Shown piece by piece: positions 18,861-30,407 of a stretch of 64,000 nucleotides of DNA. This stretch comes from Fibrobacteria bacterium (GTDB lineage: Bacteria > Fibrobacterota > Fibrobacteria > UBA11236): assembly GCA_043745805.1 (NCBI GenBank), contig JAYTSD010000046.1, positions 32,001 through 96,000 on the forward strand, written 5' to 3'. Made by a program: the position numbers and the translations under genes. The notes under the pieces were generated by a model. The model made no database searches and was not told the DNA's origin. It worked only from the letters and a program-made list of their open reading frames with translations. The first letter of the stretch is position 1; each line of letters opens with the position of its first letter.

Positions 18861-19943
18861 TTAAATTACTTTTTTCAAAGCTTCTACAAAACGGGTATTT
18901 TGTTCCGGTGTGCCTACTGTAACTCGACTCCAATATTCTAAACCAAAACTTTTTAAGGCGCGAATAATAATCCCTTGACGTGCAAGGTCCTCGCAGAGTT
19001 CTAGCGCAGGACGTTTGGTTTTAAAGCAAATGAAATTAGCTTGGGTGGGAATAAATTCTAAACTCAGGGCATGGAAATTGGTTTCCAGAAACAAAATACC
19101 TTGTCGATTTGTTTCCAAAGATTTCTGCACAAAATTCCTATCTTGAATGGCCGTTTCTCCTGCAACTTGTGCAAGTAAATTGGCATTAAAAGGTGTTTTG
19201 GTCCGAGACATCTCCTGAATAATTTCTGGTCTTGCTATAACATAACCTAAACGTAAGGCTGCTAATGCATAAATCTTACTGAAGGTACGACTAATCACTA
19301 ATTGTGGGTATTTCTGTAATAATTCAAGGCTGCGTGGGAAATCGGTGGCGGTAGCGTATTCACCATAAGCTTCATCTACAATAACCAAGGTTTCGGCAGG
19401 CGTAACTTGTAAAAGACCTTCTAATTCCGCATGCGTAAAGTAGGAGCCAGTAGGATTATTGGGATTACATAAAAACACTAATTTGGGCTTTAAGGACAAT
19501 TTCTCTTTAAAGGTGGCAATATCGTAGCGAAAATCAAGTAATGGAATTTTGATAATTTCACCATCAAAAACCCGTCCAGAAAATTCATATTCAGAAAAAG
19601 TATTTTCACTGACTAAAACTTTTTCTCCGGGATTTAAAAAACCCGCAGCAATGAGCATTAATACTTCATCCGAACCATTTCCAATGAGAATTTGGTTAAC
19701 GGGTACTTGGTAAAATGTAGCTAGCGTATTGCGCAGGTTACGGCTGGATCCATCGGGATATAAATACATTTTTGGCAAAATCGCTGTGATGGCCTCAATC
19801 ACATTGGGATTGGATCCCAATGGATTTTCATTTGATCCAAGTTTAGTGATTTGTGCAGGATTATAGGCTGCTTGAATTTCTTCAATAGATCGTCCAGGAA
19901 CATAAGGCTTGAGAACTTGAATGCATTGACGTGCCGACTTCAT
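18861..19943 (-). CDS. hisC: Histidinol-phosphate aminotransferase
   Basis: KLGSNENP, GNGSDE, CNPNNPTG, VDEAY, RTFSKIYALAALRLGY. Confidence 0.95.
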   Translation of the reverse strand: MKSARQCIQVLKPYVPGRSIEEIQAAYNPAQITKLGSNENPLGSNPNVIEAITAILPKMYLYPDGSSRNLRNTLATFYQVPVNQILIGNGSDEVLMLIAAGFLNPGEKVLVSENTFSEYEFSGRVFDGEIIKIPLLDFRYDIATFKEKLSLKPKLVFLCNPNNPTGSYFTHAELEGLLQVTPAETLVIVDEAYGEYATATDFPRSLELLQKYPQLVISRTFSKIYALAALRLGYVIARPEIIQEMSRTKTPFNANLLAQVAGETAIQDRNFVQKSLETNRQGILFLETNFHALSLEFIPTQANFICFKTKRPALELCEDLARQGIIIRALKSFGLEYWSRVTVGTPEQNTRFVEALKKVI

Positions 19944-20086
19944 GAGAACATCTTTTCTCTAGAATAACAGATTAAACTAGGTGAGGAGGAAAGTAATTTT
20001 TGCATGATTCTTTAATCAAAATAAGTAATTTAAATGACCTTACTCCTTTTGGGGAGGGGAAATGGTGAATGAGAGAAGGGAATATT

Positions 20087-20809
20087 ATGTTTCAGAAATT
20101 TGGGAAGCGATTTAAGTTGTTAATCATGGGACATAGTTTTTTGGCCCTTGCTGCTTTTGCCTTAAATCCCATTCATGAAAGTTCTTATGCCGTATTGCCG
20201 CGAGGTAAAATGAATAGTGATATTACCCTCGGATCGGGTTTTTATTTTAATAGCCCCGACCACACACCCATCGGGGTTCCATTGTCTTTGGCCTTTGCCT
20301 TATCCAATCATTTAGAAATAGGGTTCGGTTTAAAAACCGCTTGGGTGGACGCCGGTGATAATGTTCCTTATATGTTGGTGGGTGCAAAGTATTTGACGGG
20401 GAATCAATTGAGCTTGGGCGCGGATTTGATTTTAGGAACACATACGCATTCACAAAAAGGCCTGACTTTGAATTTCCACAAGCGCATTGGTTATACCTCT
20501 CGATTTAATGCGCGCTTTACGGGTAAGCTGGGATTTATGGATTATAATGTGAATAGCGATGCTTTAACTGCTTTTGAATTAGCTTATTATCCCACCCTGC
20601 GTTTAATGAATCCTATTTCCTTTCAATTCGGATTTATTGGATCGAGTCAAAGTAATCATTTCGAGAAAAATTTAGCTATAGATTTACAGCCAGGATTAAT
20701 TGTGGAATTAGGCCATGAATCTGCCGTAGAAAGTTTATTTGCTTTTGGATTAGCCGGTGATCATAAAGAAGATTTGCGAATTAAAGTAGCTTTTGTGAAG
20801 GGCTTTTAA
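20087..20809 (+). CDS. Hypothetical secreted protein, likely small outer-membrane beta-barrel
   Basis: Signal peptide (AFA-L), amphipathic strands, terminal Phe; track start 20069. Confidence 0.55.
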   Translation: MFQKFGKRFKLLIMGHSFLALAAFALNPIHESSYAVLPRGKMNSDITLGSGFYFNSPDHTPIGVPLSLAFALSNHLEIGFGLKTAWVDAGDNVPYMLVGAKYLTGNQLSLGADLILGTHTHSQKGLTLNFHKRIGYTSRFNARFTGKLGFMDYNVNSDALTAFELAYYPTLRLMNPISFQFGFIGSSQSNHFEKNLAIDLQPGLIVELGHESAVESLFAFGLAGDHKEDLRIKVAFVKGF

Positions 20810-21969
20810 GCGCTGGGGGAATGTTTAGGAATAACCTTCGCTTCTTCTTCTAAGCGGTTTAAAATACCGCGTAGAATTTTTTCCACCGCCTGTTCATCTT
20901 TGCCCCATAGCGATTTTAATAAATCTTTTCCGGCGGCGAGTGTCACGGGAAAAACATGGGGAAGCAAAGGTAAGGCAAGCGCTAAGCCCTCGGCATAAAC
21001 CGAAGGGGAGCGTAAAATCCAAGTCCAAGGAAAAAATCGACTAATAGGTTTACTTAATAAAATTATTCCGCCAAGTCTCAGGCTATACATTAAAAAATGT
21101 TGTAGTCCCTCTGAAGTTACCCATTCCCGCCAAATATAATGTCCTTCGCCTTTCCAAAGATGTAACCATGCGAGATAAGCAAAAAATGGCCAAGCGGCTT
21201 GAAGTGTTTTGCGGCTGCGCCCTTTATCATAAATCGCTATTAAGACTATAACTAGAGCTTCTATCCAAAGCGTGGACAAGAAAAACAAAAGCAAGAGCAG
21301 CACCAATAATCCCAAAAAAATACGAGGATTTCCAGGACTTAAAGATTTGCGTTCCGGTTTAAGTTTATTGCCAACGACTAAAATTTTTTGCAAAGGTTTT
21401 TGAAAGCGAAAAATCAATAAACCTAAAAAGCCTCCCGACGCCAAGGACCAAAGCAATAAGGGTCCTAATTGAAAAAAGAATCCCGCATGACGAATGAGCA
21501 CTACTTCCACAAATAAAAGTTGTAGTACATTAAAAGCCGTCGCAGATAAAATGCTAAATCCCAGCAAGCCGATCCAGTTTTTTTGCAAAGCTTTACGCGC
21601 TGGCCAACCCAGCAATAGCAAGGACATTAAGCCCGCAAAACTACTGATCAGCACGGACGAAAATGGGGTGCCTCCAAATAACATGCCCGCTAAATTACGT
21701 CCCGTTAATAACCATGCGGAGGCAAGCGCACCATAATTCAACCAAAAAGGAACGAGCACCAGATACGATAAACCCAATTTAAGCCAAGGGAATAAGGGGA
21801 ATCTCGGTAAAAAATTTTCCAAAATTTGCAAACTAGATGCTAAACATAAGCTAATAGCAAAAGTCTCTGGGCTTAGGGGAGCGAGAGGATTTAAGGAGCT
21901 AAGTTTCTTAAATCCTTTAATCATAGCCTTCTCATTGGGAGTAACAGGAATATCATTCGGTGATACCAT
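20806..21969 (-). CDS. Gx transporter family membrane protein with a C-terminal EcfT-like extension
   Basis: LQILENFLPR..PWLKLGLS..SILSATAFNVLQL (Gx-like); GEGH..VTSEGL..SLRL (EcfT-like). Confidence 0.7.
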   Translation of the reverse strand: MVSPNDIPVTPNEKAMIKGFKKLSSLNPLAPLSPETFAISLCLASSLQILENFLPRFPLFPWLKLGLSYLVLVPFWLNYGALASAWLLTGRNLAGMLFGGTPFSSVLISSFAGLMSLLLLGWPARKALQKNWIGLLGFSILSATAFNVLQLLFVEVVLIRHAGFFFQLGPLLLWSLASGGFLGLLIFRFQKPLQKILVVGNKLKPERKSLSPGNPRIFLGLLVLLLLLFFLSTLWIEALVIVLIAIYDKGRSRKTLQAAWPFFAYLAWLHLWKGEGHYIWREWVTSEGLQHFLMYSLRLGGIILLSKPISRFFPWTWILRSPSVYAEGLALALPLLPHVFPVTLAAGKDLLKSLWGKDEQAVEKILRGILNRLEEEAKVIPKHSPSA

Positions 21970-22315
21970 CTAAACCTTGATCCTCATTCGGGTCTTTTTC
22001 ACCGGAATCAGGGATGATTACCAGTAACCGACAAGGTACGCAAACAATTTTTTGTCGCATACGGGAAATGCTTCCACGCCGAATACAAATTTTTTGCGGA
22101 CAAGGAGCTTGTTGTACGCGAATGGATCCTTTGCCATATTCCAAGGTGACGTCTCCTAAACGTGTTGTGACTTTTGTGAAACGACTATTTCCGTTTAAGT
22201 TAAATTCGGCCACTTTTTTATTGTCGACAAAAACTTCGGCCTTTTGGCCAGCTGCACCGGACATATTTAGGGAAGCATAAATTCCCGCAACACAAAGCAA
22301 TATGCCCAGCAGCAC
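21953..22315 (-). CDS. NusG domain II-containing protein
   Basis: N-terminal TM followed by IRVQQAPCPQKIC..G.I....KIVCVP; true start may be a few codons upstream. Confidence 0.85.
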   Translation of the reverse strand: MLLGILLCVAGIYASLNMSGAAGQKAEVFVDNKKVAEFNLNGNSRFTKVTTRLGDVTLEYGKGSIRVQQAPCPQKICIRRGSISRMRQKIVCVPCRLLVIIPDSGEKDPNEDQGLDGITE

Positions 22316-22344
22316 ATCGACAGGACGCCATAAAGGGAAACGAT

Positions 22345-23430
22345 TTAGAGTTGACAGGGAGGGATACTCATCTTTAAGGATTTATTCCATCCCTTGGTCG
22401 CTTCATAACATAGGCTTGGACTAGGTTCTGGTATTTCTCTAATCCAAACGACTTGGGCCTTTTCTTGTTCTGCCAAAATCTTTCCTTTTTCTGGCCCCAT
22501 CACAAACATGGACGTAGAAAGTGCATCGCTCAAATGACTACTTGCAGTCATCACAGTTGCTTCACAAATTCCTTCAGCAGGGTAACCGGTAAAGGGATTG
22601 AAAATATGATGATAGCGTTTTCCATGTGCAAAAAAGAAACGTTCATAATCGCCTGAGGTAGAAACGGCTGCGCCTTCGGATAAAGTGATTTTGCCGCAAA
22701 TAGAATCCGGCTGTCGCGGATGACGAATACCCACATTCCATGGACCACTTGATTTTTTTCCGCCTAAACGAATTTCCCCACCGGCTTGTAATAAGTGTGT
22801 GGTAAAGCCGAGGGAATCAAGTATCGTATTCATTCTATCAATCACATAACCTTTAGCTATGGCGCCTAAATCTAATTGCACGTTAGACAGTTGTATCACC
22901 GCTTTATCTTCTGCTAATAAATTTAATGGGACTAAGTTTTTTTTTGAGCTATCGGGTCGATGTAATTTGAGTAGGTTTTGAATAGCTAATGAATCGGGTA
23001 ACTTTGGTGTTTCATTGCTTCCGAGTCCCCACAACTTTTTTAAATCATGCAAAGTGAAATCAAAAGAGCCGCCACTGCGTTTATGAATATCAGTTGCTAA
23101 AGTTAAGATCTCTAAAATTTCCTTAGGGATTTTTATAGTATCTCCTATGTTACCTTGGAGCAAAGATAAAGCCGAAGTCGAATCATAGTCGCTTAAAAGG
23201 AGATTGAGTCGGGTGGTTTCTTTTTCCAATATTGAAAAAGCGGCTTCCGCCTCTTTTTCTGGCACTCCATAAATGGAGGCTACGACTTGTGTATCCATGG
23301 CAAACCACTGATGGGTGACTATTTGTTTTTTGCCACAACCCAGTAAAATCAAAATACTTGAAGACAAGAAAAATAAGACTAATGATTTTAGGAGGACAAA
23401 ACGAAAGCGTAATTTGGGGATTTTTAGCAA
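22345..23430 (-). CDS. apbE: FAD:protein FMN transferase lipoprotein
   Basis: Lipobox LLGC; AMDT, DLGAIAKGY, GIRHPR, STSGDYERF, YHHIFNP.TG, DALST. Confidence 0.94.
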   Translation of the reverse strand: MLKIPKLRFRFVLLKSLVLFFLSSSILILLGCGKKQIVTHQWFAMDTQVVASIYGVPEKEAEAAFSILEKETTRLNLLLSDYDSTSALSLLQGNIGDTIKIPKEILEILTLATDIHKRSGGSFDFTLHDLKKLWGLGSNETPKLPDSLAIQNLLKLHRPDSSKKNLVPLNLLAEDKAVIQLSNVQLDLGAIAKGYVIDRMNTILDSLGFTTHLLQAGGEIRLGGKKSSGPWNVGIRHPRQPDSICGKITLSEGAAVSTSGDYERFFFAHGKRYHHIFNPFTGYPAEGICEATVMTASSHLSDALSTSMFVMGPEKGKILAEQEKAQVVWIREIPEPSPSLCYEATKGWNKSLKMSIPPCQL

Positions 23431-23609
23431 AGCAGCCTCTATGGAGATTTAAGTAGGGAAAAATATCTTATGCGACCATTCTAACCAAGTCATACTCAAG
23501 GAATCTATCCATTTTCAGGAAAATCTCAACCAAGAAAGGTTGAGAGAATTATTTTTAGCTGAAGTCTCGTTGGAATTGAATGGGATGGAATGGAAGTGAT
23601 GGACAAGAA

Positions 23610-24221
23610 ATGAGTCGAGTGGGAATTGCCGAAATATTTTATTCACTTCAAGGCGAAGGCTTTCATGCAGGTCGTGCTGCTATTTTTATTCGCACAGCAG
23701 GTTGTAATTTAGCCTGCGATTTTTGTGATACGGATTTTACTGTGCGAGAAAAATTAACTCCTGAAGAAATTTTTGTACGAATCAAAAATTATTCATCACG
23801 TTTTATTGTTTTAACAGGTGGCGAACCGACTATTCAAGCACAAGGCTGTACCGAGTTGATTAAGTTTTTGCAAGATCAGGGTTATTATGTTGCCATGGAA
23901 ACTAATGGAAGTTCGCATGATACTTTGGGTGTGAATTGGGTAACCGTAAGTCCTAAGCTTTCACAAAAAGGGGAATGGTTGCTCAAGCAAGGCGATGAAT
24001 TGAAATTAGTTTATGAAGCACAAGATTTAAGCTTTTATGAAAACTCAGATTTTCAACATTATTTGCTGCAACCCAAAGAAATTCGCACGGGCCATTTTGG
24101 AAAAGGGGAGCGTGACATACAGGCTACCCGAAATGAATGGAATACAACCATAGCCGCGGTGCAGCAAAACCCTAAATGGAAATTGTCCTTTCAAATCCAC
24201 AAAGAATTAGGATTGCGATAA
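23610..24221 (+). CDS. queE: 7-carboxy-7-deazaguanine synthase (radical SAM)
   Basis: EIFYSLQGEG, GCNLACDFCDT, TGGEP, ETNG, VSPK, LSFQIHK; track start 23580. Confidence 0.93.
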   Translation: MSRVGIAEIFYSLQGEGFHAGRAAIFIRTAGCNLACDFCDTDFTVREKLTPEEIFVRIKNYSSRFIVLTGGEPTIQAQGCTELIKFLQDQGYYVAMETNGSSHDTLGVNWVTVSPKLSQKGEWLLKQGDELKLVYEAQDLSFYENSDFQHYLLQPKEIRTGHFGKGERDIQATRNEWNTTIAAVQQNPKWKLSFQIHKELGLR

Positions 24222-24926
24222 ATGTCACAAAATTATGCGGATAATATTCCTGGCGAAGCGTGTTTGGTAGTTTTTTCCGGTGGACAAGATTCCACTACTT
24301 GTTTGCATTGGGCTTTGAATCGGTTTAAAAAAGTCGAAGCGGTGTTTTTTGACTATGGACAAAGACATCGCATTGAAATGGATTCTGCAAAAAAAATTGC
24401 AGAACTTAATCACGTGCCTCTGCGGATTTTTCGTCTTGATGTATTTCAAGAAATTGGTGGCAATGCTTTAATCGATCCGGCGATGGAAATTGAAGCGGCG
24501 GATACTCAAACGATGTCTTCTTTGCCAAACACCTTTGTACCTGGGCGAAATTTAATTTTTTTAACCTATGCAGCGAGCTTTGCTTATACGCGAGGAATAA
24601 CCGATTTAGTCACTGGCGTTTGCCAAACCGATTATAGCGGTTATCCCGATTGCCGAGATGCCACTATCAAATCATTGGAAAAGGCCTTAGGGCTGGGTTT
24701 AGATTGGGATGGTAAATTGCGTATTCACACCCCGCTAATGTTTTTGACTAAAGCGGATACGGTAAAAATGGCTATCAAGGAAAAAGCGCTAGAATCCTTA
24801 GCTTTTAGCCATACTTGTTATGAAGGAAAATATCCCCCTTGTGGCTTTTGTCCGGCTTGTTTATTGCGTCAAAAGGGTTTTGCCGAAGCGGGTATCAGCG
24901 ATCCTATATTCGATAGTCCCCATTAA
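24222..24926 (+). CDS. queC: 7-cyano-7-deazaguanine synthase
   Basis: FSGGQDSTT, DYGQRH, TFVPGRNL, DYSGYPDCR, CY..CG.CPAC. Confidence 0.96.
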   Translation: MSQNYADNIPGEACLVVFSGGQDSTTCLHWALNRFKKVEAVFFDYGQRHRIEMDSAKKIAELNHVPLRIFRLDVFQEIGGNALIDPAMEIEAADTQTMSSLPNTFVPGRNLIFLTYAASFAYTRGITDLVTGVCQTDYSGYPDCRDATIKSLEKALGLGLDWDGKLRIHTPLMFLTKADTVKMAIKEKALESLAFSHTCYEGKYPPCGFCPACLLRQKGFAEAGISDPIFDSPH

Positions 24927-24953
24927 AACCGACCTTAATTTCATCAGTTGACG

Positions 24954-24996
24954 CGAACCAAACGCAACTTAACTTGCATTTAGTGTCACTATATGC
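24954..24996 (+). repeat. Left direct repeat of the ATPase cassette
   Basis: CGAACCAAACGCAACTTAACTTGCATTTAGTGTCAC (24954-24989) is identical to 26190-26225; TAGTGTCACTATATGC (24981-24996) is identical to 26248-26263. Confidence 0.92.
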
Positions 24997-25010
24997 TATT
25001 CTATTTGCAT

Positions 25011-26165
25011 ATGGTAAAACGTGATTTTTGGGTTCAACAGCTGCAAACACTTTGGAAAAACCGAACTCTAGTTTGGTTATCGGGTGTGCGTCGTGCCGGT
25101 AAAACCAGTTTATGTCAAGCTTTGCCTAATGTGCAATATTTCGATTGCGAGTTACCTAGCATTCGTCGGGAAATGGAAGATCCTGAATCCTTTTGGGATA
25201 AACTCAAAGGCCAAACCGTTATTTTAGATGAAGTGCATCGCTTAAAAAATCCCTCCGAATTATTGAAGGTGGCAACGGATCATTATAAAACGACTCGTAT
25301 TCTCGCAACAGGATCTTCCACCTTGGGAGCCTCAGCAAAATTCAAAGACACCTTAGCAGGCCGCAAAGCGGAGCTATGGTTGACACCCATGTTAGCTAGC
25401 GATCTCGAAGTTTTTGATAAAGGGAATTTAGAGCGCCGCTTTTTACGCGGAGGCTTGCCGCCATTTTTTCTCGAAAAGAATTTCCCCGAAAAAGAATATC
25501 AAGAATGGATGGATGCCTATTGGGCAAAAGATATTCAAGAATTATTTCGTTTAGAGCGCCGCCATTCCTTTCAGCGCTTTACGGAATTGCTCTTTGCACA
25601 AAGTGGCGGGGTTTTTGAAGCCAATGCTTTCGCGGGACCTTGTGAAGTAAGCCGCACAACCATTGCTAATTATCTAGCGGTGTTAGAGGTAACCTATGTG
25701 GTACAAGTTATTCGCCCCTTTAGCAGTCATCGGCCTAATGAAATTGTAGCTGCGCCTAAAGTTTATGCTTTCGACACCGGCTTTGCAGCTTATTACAAGG
25801 GGTGGACGGATTTGCGTCCCGAAGATATGGGGCATTGTTGGGAGCATTATGTGTTAAATGAATTACAGGGGCGTTTGCAAACGCGAAGCATTTTGTATTG
25901 GCGTGACAAAAGACAACATGAAGTCGATTTTATTTTACAGCGGCGTGGAGAAAATCCTATGGCTATTGAATGCAAATGGTCGGCAGATAGCTTTAATCCT
26001 TCCTCCTTACAGGCTTTTCGTAAACAATATCCCAAGGGGGAAAATATTGTGGTGGCAAATGATATTTCTCGTTCCTTGCTACGTAAATACGAGGGAATAG
26101 AGGTACGTTTTTACAGTCTCAATGGATTCATTGCCCATTTAGAAAAAGCGAAGACTGCGCGATAA
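25011..26165 (+). CDS. AAA_14 ATPase with DUF4143 PD-(D/E)XK-like C-terminal domain
   Basis: Walker A GVRRAGKT, Walker B ILDEVH, TGSS, LAGR, GGLP, KVYAFDTG, YWRDKRQHEVDFIL..AIECK; track start 24993. Confidence 0.92.
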   Translation: MVKRDFWVQQLQTLWKNRTLVWLSGVRRAGKTSLCQALPNVQYFDCELPSIRREMEDPESFWDKLKGQTVILDEVHRLKNPSELLKVATDHYKTTRILATGSSTLGASAKFKDTLAGRKAELWLTPMLASDLEVFDKGNLERRFLRGGLPPFFLEKNFPEKEYQEWMDAYWAKDIQELFRLERRHSFQRFTELLFAQSGGVFEANAFAGPCEVSRTTIANYLAVLEVTYVVQVIRPFSSHRPNEIVAAPKVYAFDTGFAAYYKGWTDLRPEDMGHCWEHYVLNELQGRLQTRSILYWRDKRQHEVDFILQRRGENPMAIECKWSADSFNPSSLQAFRKQYPKGENIVVANDISRSLLRKYEGIEVRFYSLNGFIAHLEKAKTAR

Positions 26166-26189
26166 AGGCCTGTTTTTAACCATTTATAT

Positions 26190-26263
26190 CGAACCAAACG
26201 CAACTTAACTTGCATTTAGTGTCACCAAACGCAAGTAGATTCACATCTAGTGTCACTATATGC
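26190..26263 (+). repeat. Right direct repeat: two tandem 31-bp units plus a partial third
   Basis: Units 26193-26223 and 26224-26254 (ACCAAACGCAA..TAGTGTC) followed by ACTATATGC. Confidence 0.92.
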
Positions 26264-26324
26264 AAATCAAAAAACCTCACTTGTGCCTTAATGATTTTGA
26301 AGTGAGAATCAATTGCTATATTAA

Positions 26325-28397
<2,073 letters not shown>

Positions 28398-28449
28398 ACG
28401 GCTATTGGTTTTTAATAGTCGATAAAAATACTGTAGAGTATCTTGAGTG

Positions 28450-29076
28450 TTACCCTACTTCCAACTCATATAAAACCGTAGAAGTTTTTTTGGAGAGGTA
28501 TAATCCTCCACCTAAATTGCGGAAATATTTCCCCAAATGTTTTTGGTACCAAGCGGCACCCCTTAAAAAAATCCTTCCATCGGTAGATTTTTGATCGCAA
28601 TGCAATTCCCAATCTTTTTGCGTAATAATTTCGAGATATAAAACACCTCGGCAAAGTCGATGCAAATTGGCCAAGGCTTTTTTAAAATCCTTGTCGTTTA
28701 AATACTGCAAAACACTTTGACAAATCACTAAATCAAATTCGCCTTGACCACCATAATCAATTACCGAACCCTGTTCCCAGCCATATTTTTGGCACAGGTA
28801 TTCGCTATATTCCACGCCCGCATAATGCGCTTTCGGAAAATGTTTCGTCAATTCCTTTTTCCAATACCCCAAGCCACAACCCATATCTAAGGTACGTTTA
28901 AGCGGTAAACGTAAATATTCCACATAAGCGAAAACGAAATTAGCCAATAAGGCTGGCCCTTGCTTATCGAATACACGAGTTGTGGGATTCAAGTAAAACT
29001 TTTTATAATAGGCTTTGTCAAAATCGCCGCGCTCAATAAGCTTCTTAGATTTGGATTTTGATGTGGTCATACTCAT
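28450..29076 (-). CDS. Class I SAM-dependent methyltransferase
   Basis: LDMGCGLG, FDLVICQSVLQYL. Confidence 0.88.
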   Translation of the reverse strand: MSMTTSKSKSKKLIERGDFDKAYYKKFYLNPTTRVFDKQGPALLANFVFAYVEYLRLPLKRTLDMGCGLGYWKKELTKHFPKAHYAGVEYSEYLCQKYGWEQGSVIDYGGQGEFDLVICQSVLQYLNDKDFKKALANLHRLCRGVLYLEIITQKDWELHCDQKSTDGRIFLRGAAWYQKHLGKYFRNLGGGLYLSKKTSTVLYELEVG

Positions 29077-29158
29077 TCCTAGGTTGAAGGCACAAGATAA
29101 TAATCAAAGGGAAGACTGCAAAAAATGAAATTATTTCGAAGAAGTATTTTGCTGGCAA

Positions 29159-30019
29159 TTAAAATTTGCGCATCACGGTGAAATGACGATCTTCAACATC
29201 GCAATAATAATCCACTAAATTGCTTTGCGCGGAGCCTGCCGAGACTTGTTCCCAAACTGATAATTCCGCACAGAGTTCGCGAAAACGTTTCGCTTCATCG
29301 TAAGTATGATTAAAACAAATTAAATAGCCACCTGATTTTAACATTTGTGCGGCATGGGCAATAAAATTTTGCGGTTTAAAAAAGCGATTAGGCAAACCCC
29401 ACAGTAAAAGGCCAACCCGCAAAACAAAAGGGTAAAAAAAAGTAATAATATCCATTTCACGATCGGGTGACTTTAAAAAATCCTGTACGCGGTAGGTAAC
29501 ATTTGGGTTATTTCCTTTAGTGACTTGTTCCACATAAGCTTGGGCATAATCATAGCGGGAACGTAAATCGGAGTAAATGCCATAGCCGTCGATTTCAATT
29601 CCCGTTAAAGAAATGTTTCGTGCTACGGTTGTCCCCCAATAACTCATCCATTGATGTAAGGCAAAGACATAATGCCAATCTTGACTGCCCACATCTAAAC
29701 ATTGCAAAACTTTTTCTTTGGGCGCGGTAATACTTTCCGTGGCCTTGTCTAATACATCTAAGAGATAAAGGCTCTTTCTATAGAGTTGTTTAGTGGAATA
29801 TTGCTGAAGAGATGTGAGATGATAGCGCTTAAGTAGTTCGACTTCTTGAAGCTGTGCTTTTTTTTCATCGGCGGAAATTAAATAAGCAAATAGCTTTTCT
29901 TTTTTTTCTTGAATTAATTTTGGTTTGCCACGTGACCAGCGTAAAGTGTTGCGGATAAAAAATGAGATCGCATTACCGGGTAAACGAAGATAAGCTAAAG
30001 GATGTAAAAAACTCGGCAT
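29159..30019 (-). CDS. Putative class I SAM-dependent methyltransferase
   Basis: CLDVGSQ, GIEIDG, QDFL, LKSGGYL. Confidence 0.7.
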   Translation of the reverse strand: MPSFLHPLAYLRLPGNAISFFIRNTLRWSRGKPKLIQEKKEKLFAYLISADEKKAQLQEVELLKRYHLTSLQQYSTKQLYRKSLYLLDVLDKATESITAPKEKVLQCLDVGSQDWHYVFALHQWMSYWGTTVARNISLTGIEIDGYGIYSDLRSRYDYAQAYVEQVTKGNNPNVTYRVQDFLKSPDREMDIITFFYPFVLRVGLLLWGLPNRFFKPQNFIAHAAQMLKSGGYLICFNHTYDEAKRFRELCAELSVWEQVSAGSAQSNLVDYYCDVEDRHFTVMRKF

Positions 30020-30253
30020 AGAAATATTCGTTTAAGTATTCACTGTTATTTCTTTGCGAGTATATCAATTAATTGTAGTGAGAGTAAGGCAATTAAAATC
30101 GTGCAAACAATATAAAGGCTTTTCTAAGTGAGTGAGGATAAAAATCAATTTAAAAGAAGAGCAAAATATTAATCAGAATCAAATCTTTAAGCGCTGATTT
30201 AATACCAAAAACCTCAGATTAAATCGAATGTGCGAAAAAAGCAAAAAAACACC

Positions 30254-30281
30254 TTGACTTACTCGAACAGCGAATTAAATT
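30254..30281 (+). promoter_or_regulatory. Putative sigma70 promoter TTGACT-N16-TAAATT
   Basis: Near-consensus hexamers in the intergenic region upstream of the DUF1080 gene. Confidence 0.45.
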
Positions 30282-30407
30282 ACCCATGTCAGCATTTTCG
30301 GTCGCTATGACCTTGCTTATGAAGTAGCTAACTTGTTTCACAACAGATTGCCTTCATCGACTTAACACTAGGCTAAAATTTTGGCCTGTTTCATTTGAGG
30401 TATGCTT

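Noticed and set aside
23431..23609. preQ1 riboswitch upstream of queEC
   Set aside because: No preQ1-I stem-loop with A-rich tail
23610..26165. queE-queC plus nuclease as a 7-deazaguanine DNA modification (dpd) system
   Set aside because: No dpdA/tgt-like or other dpd genes; queEC look like ordinary queuosine genes and the ATPase is separately bracketed by repeats
24954..26263. CRISPR array interpretation of the 36-bp repeats
   Set aside because: Only two copies 1.2 kb apart plus directly tandem units; no spacers and no cas genes
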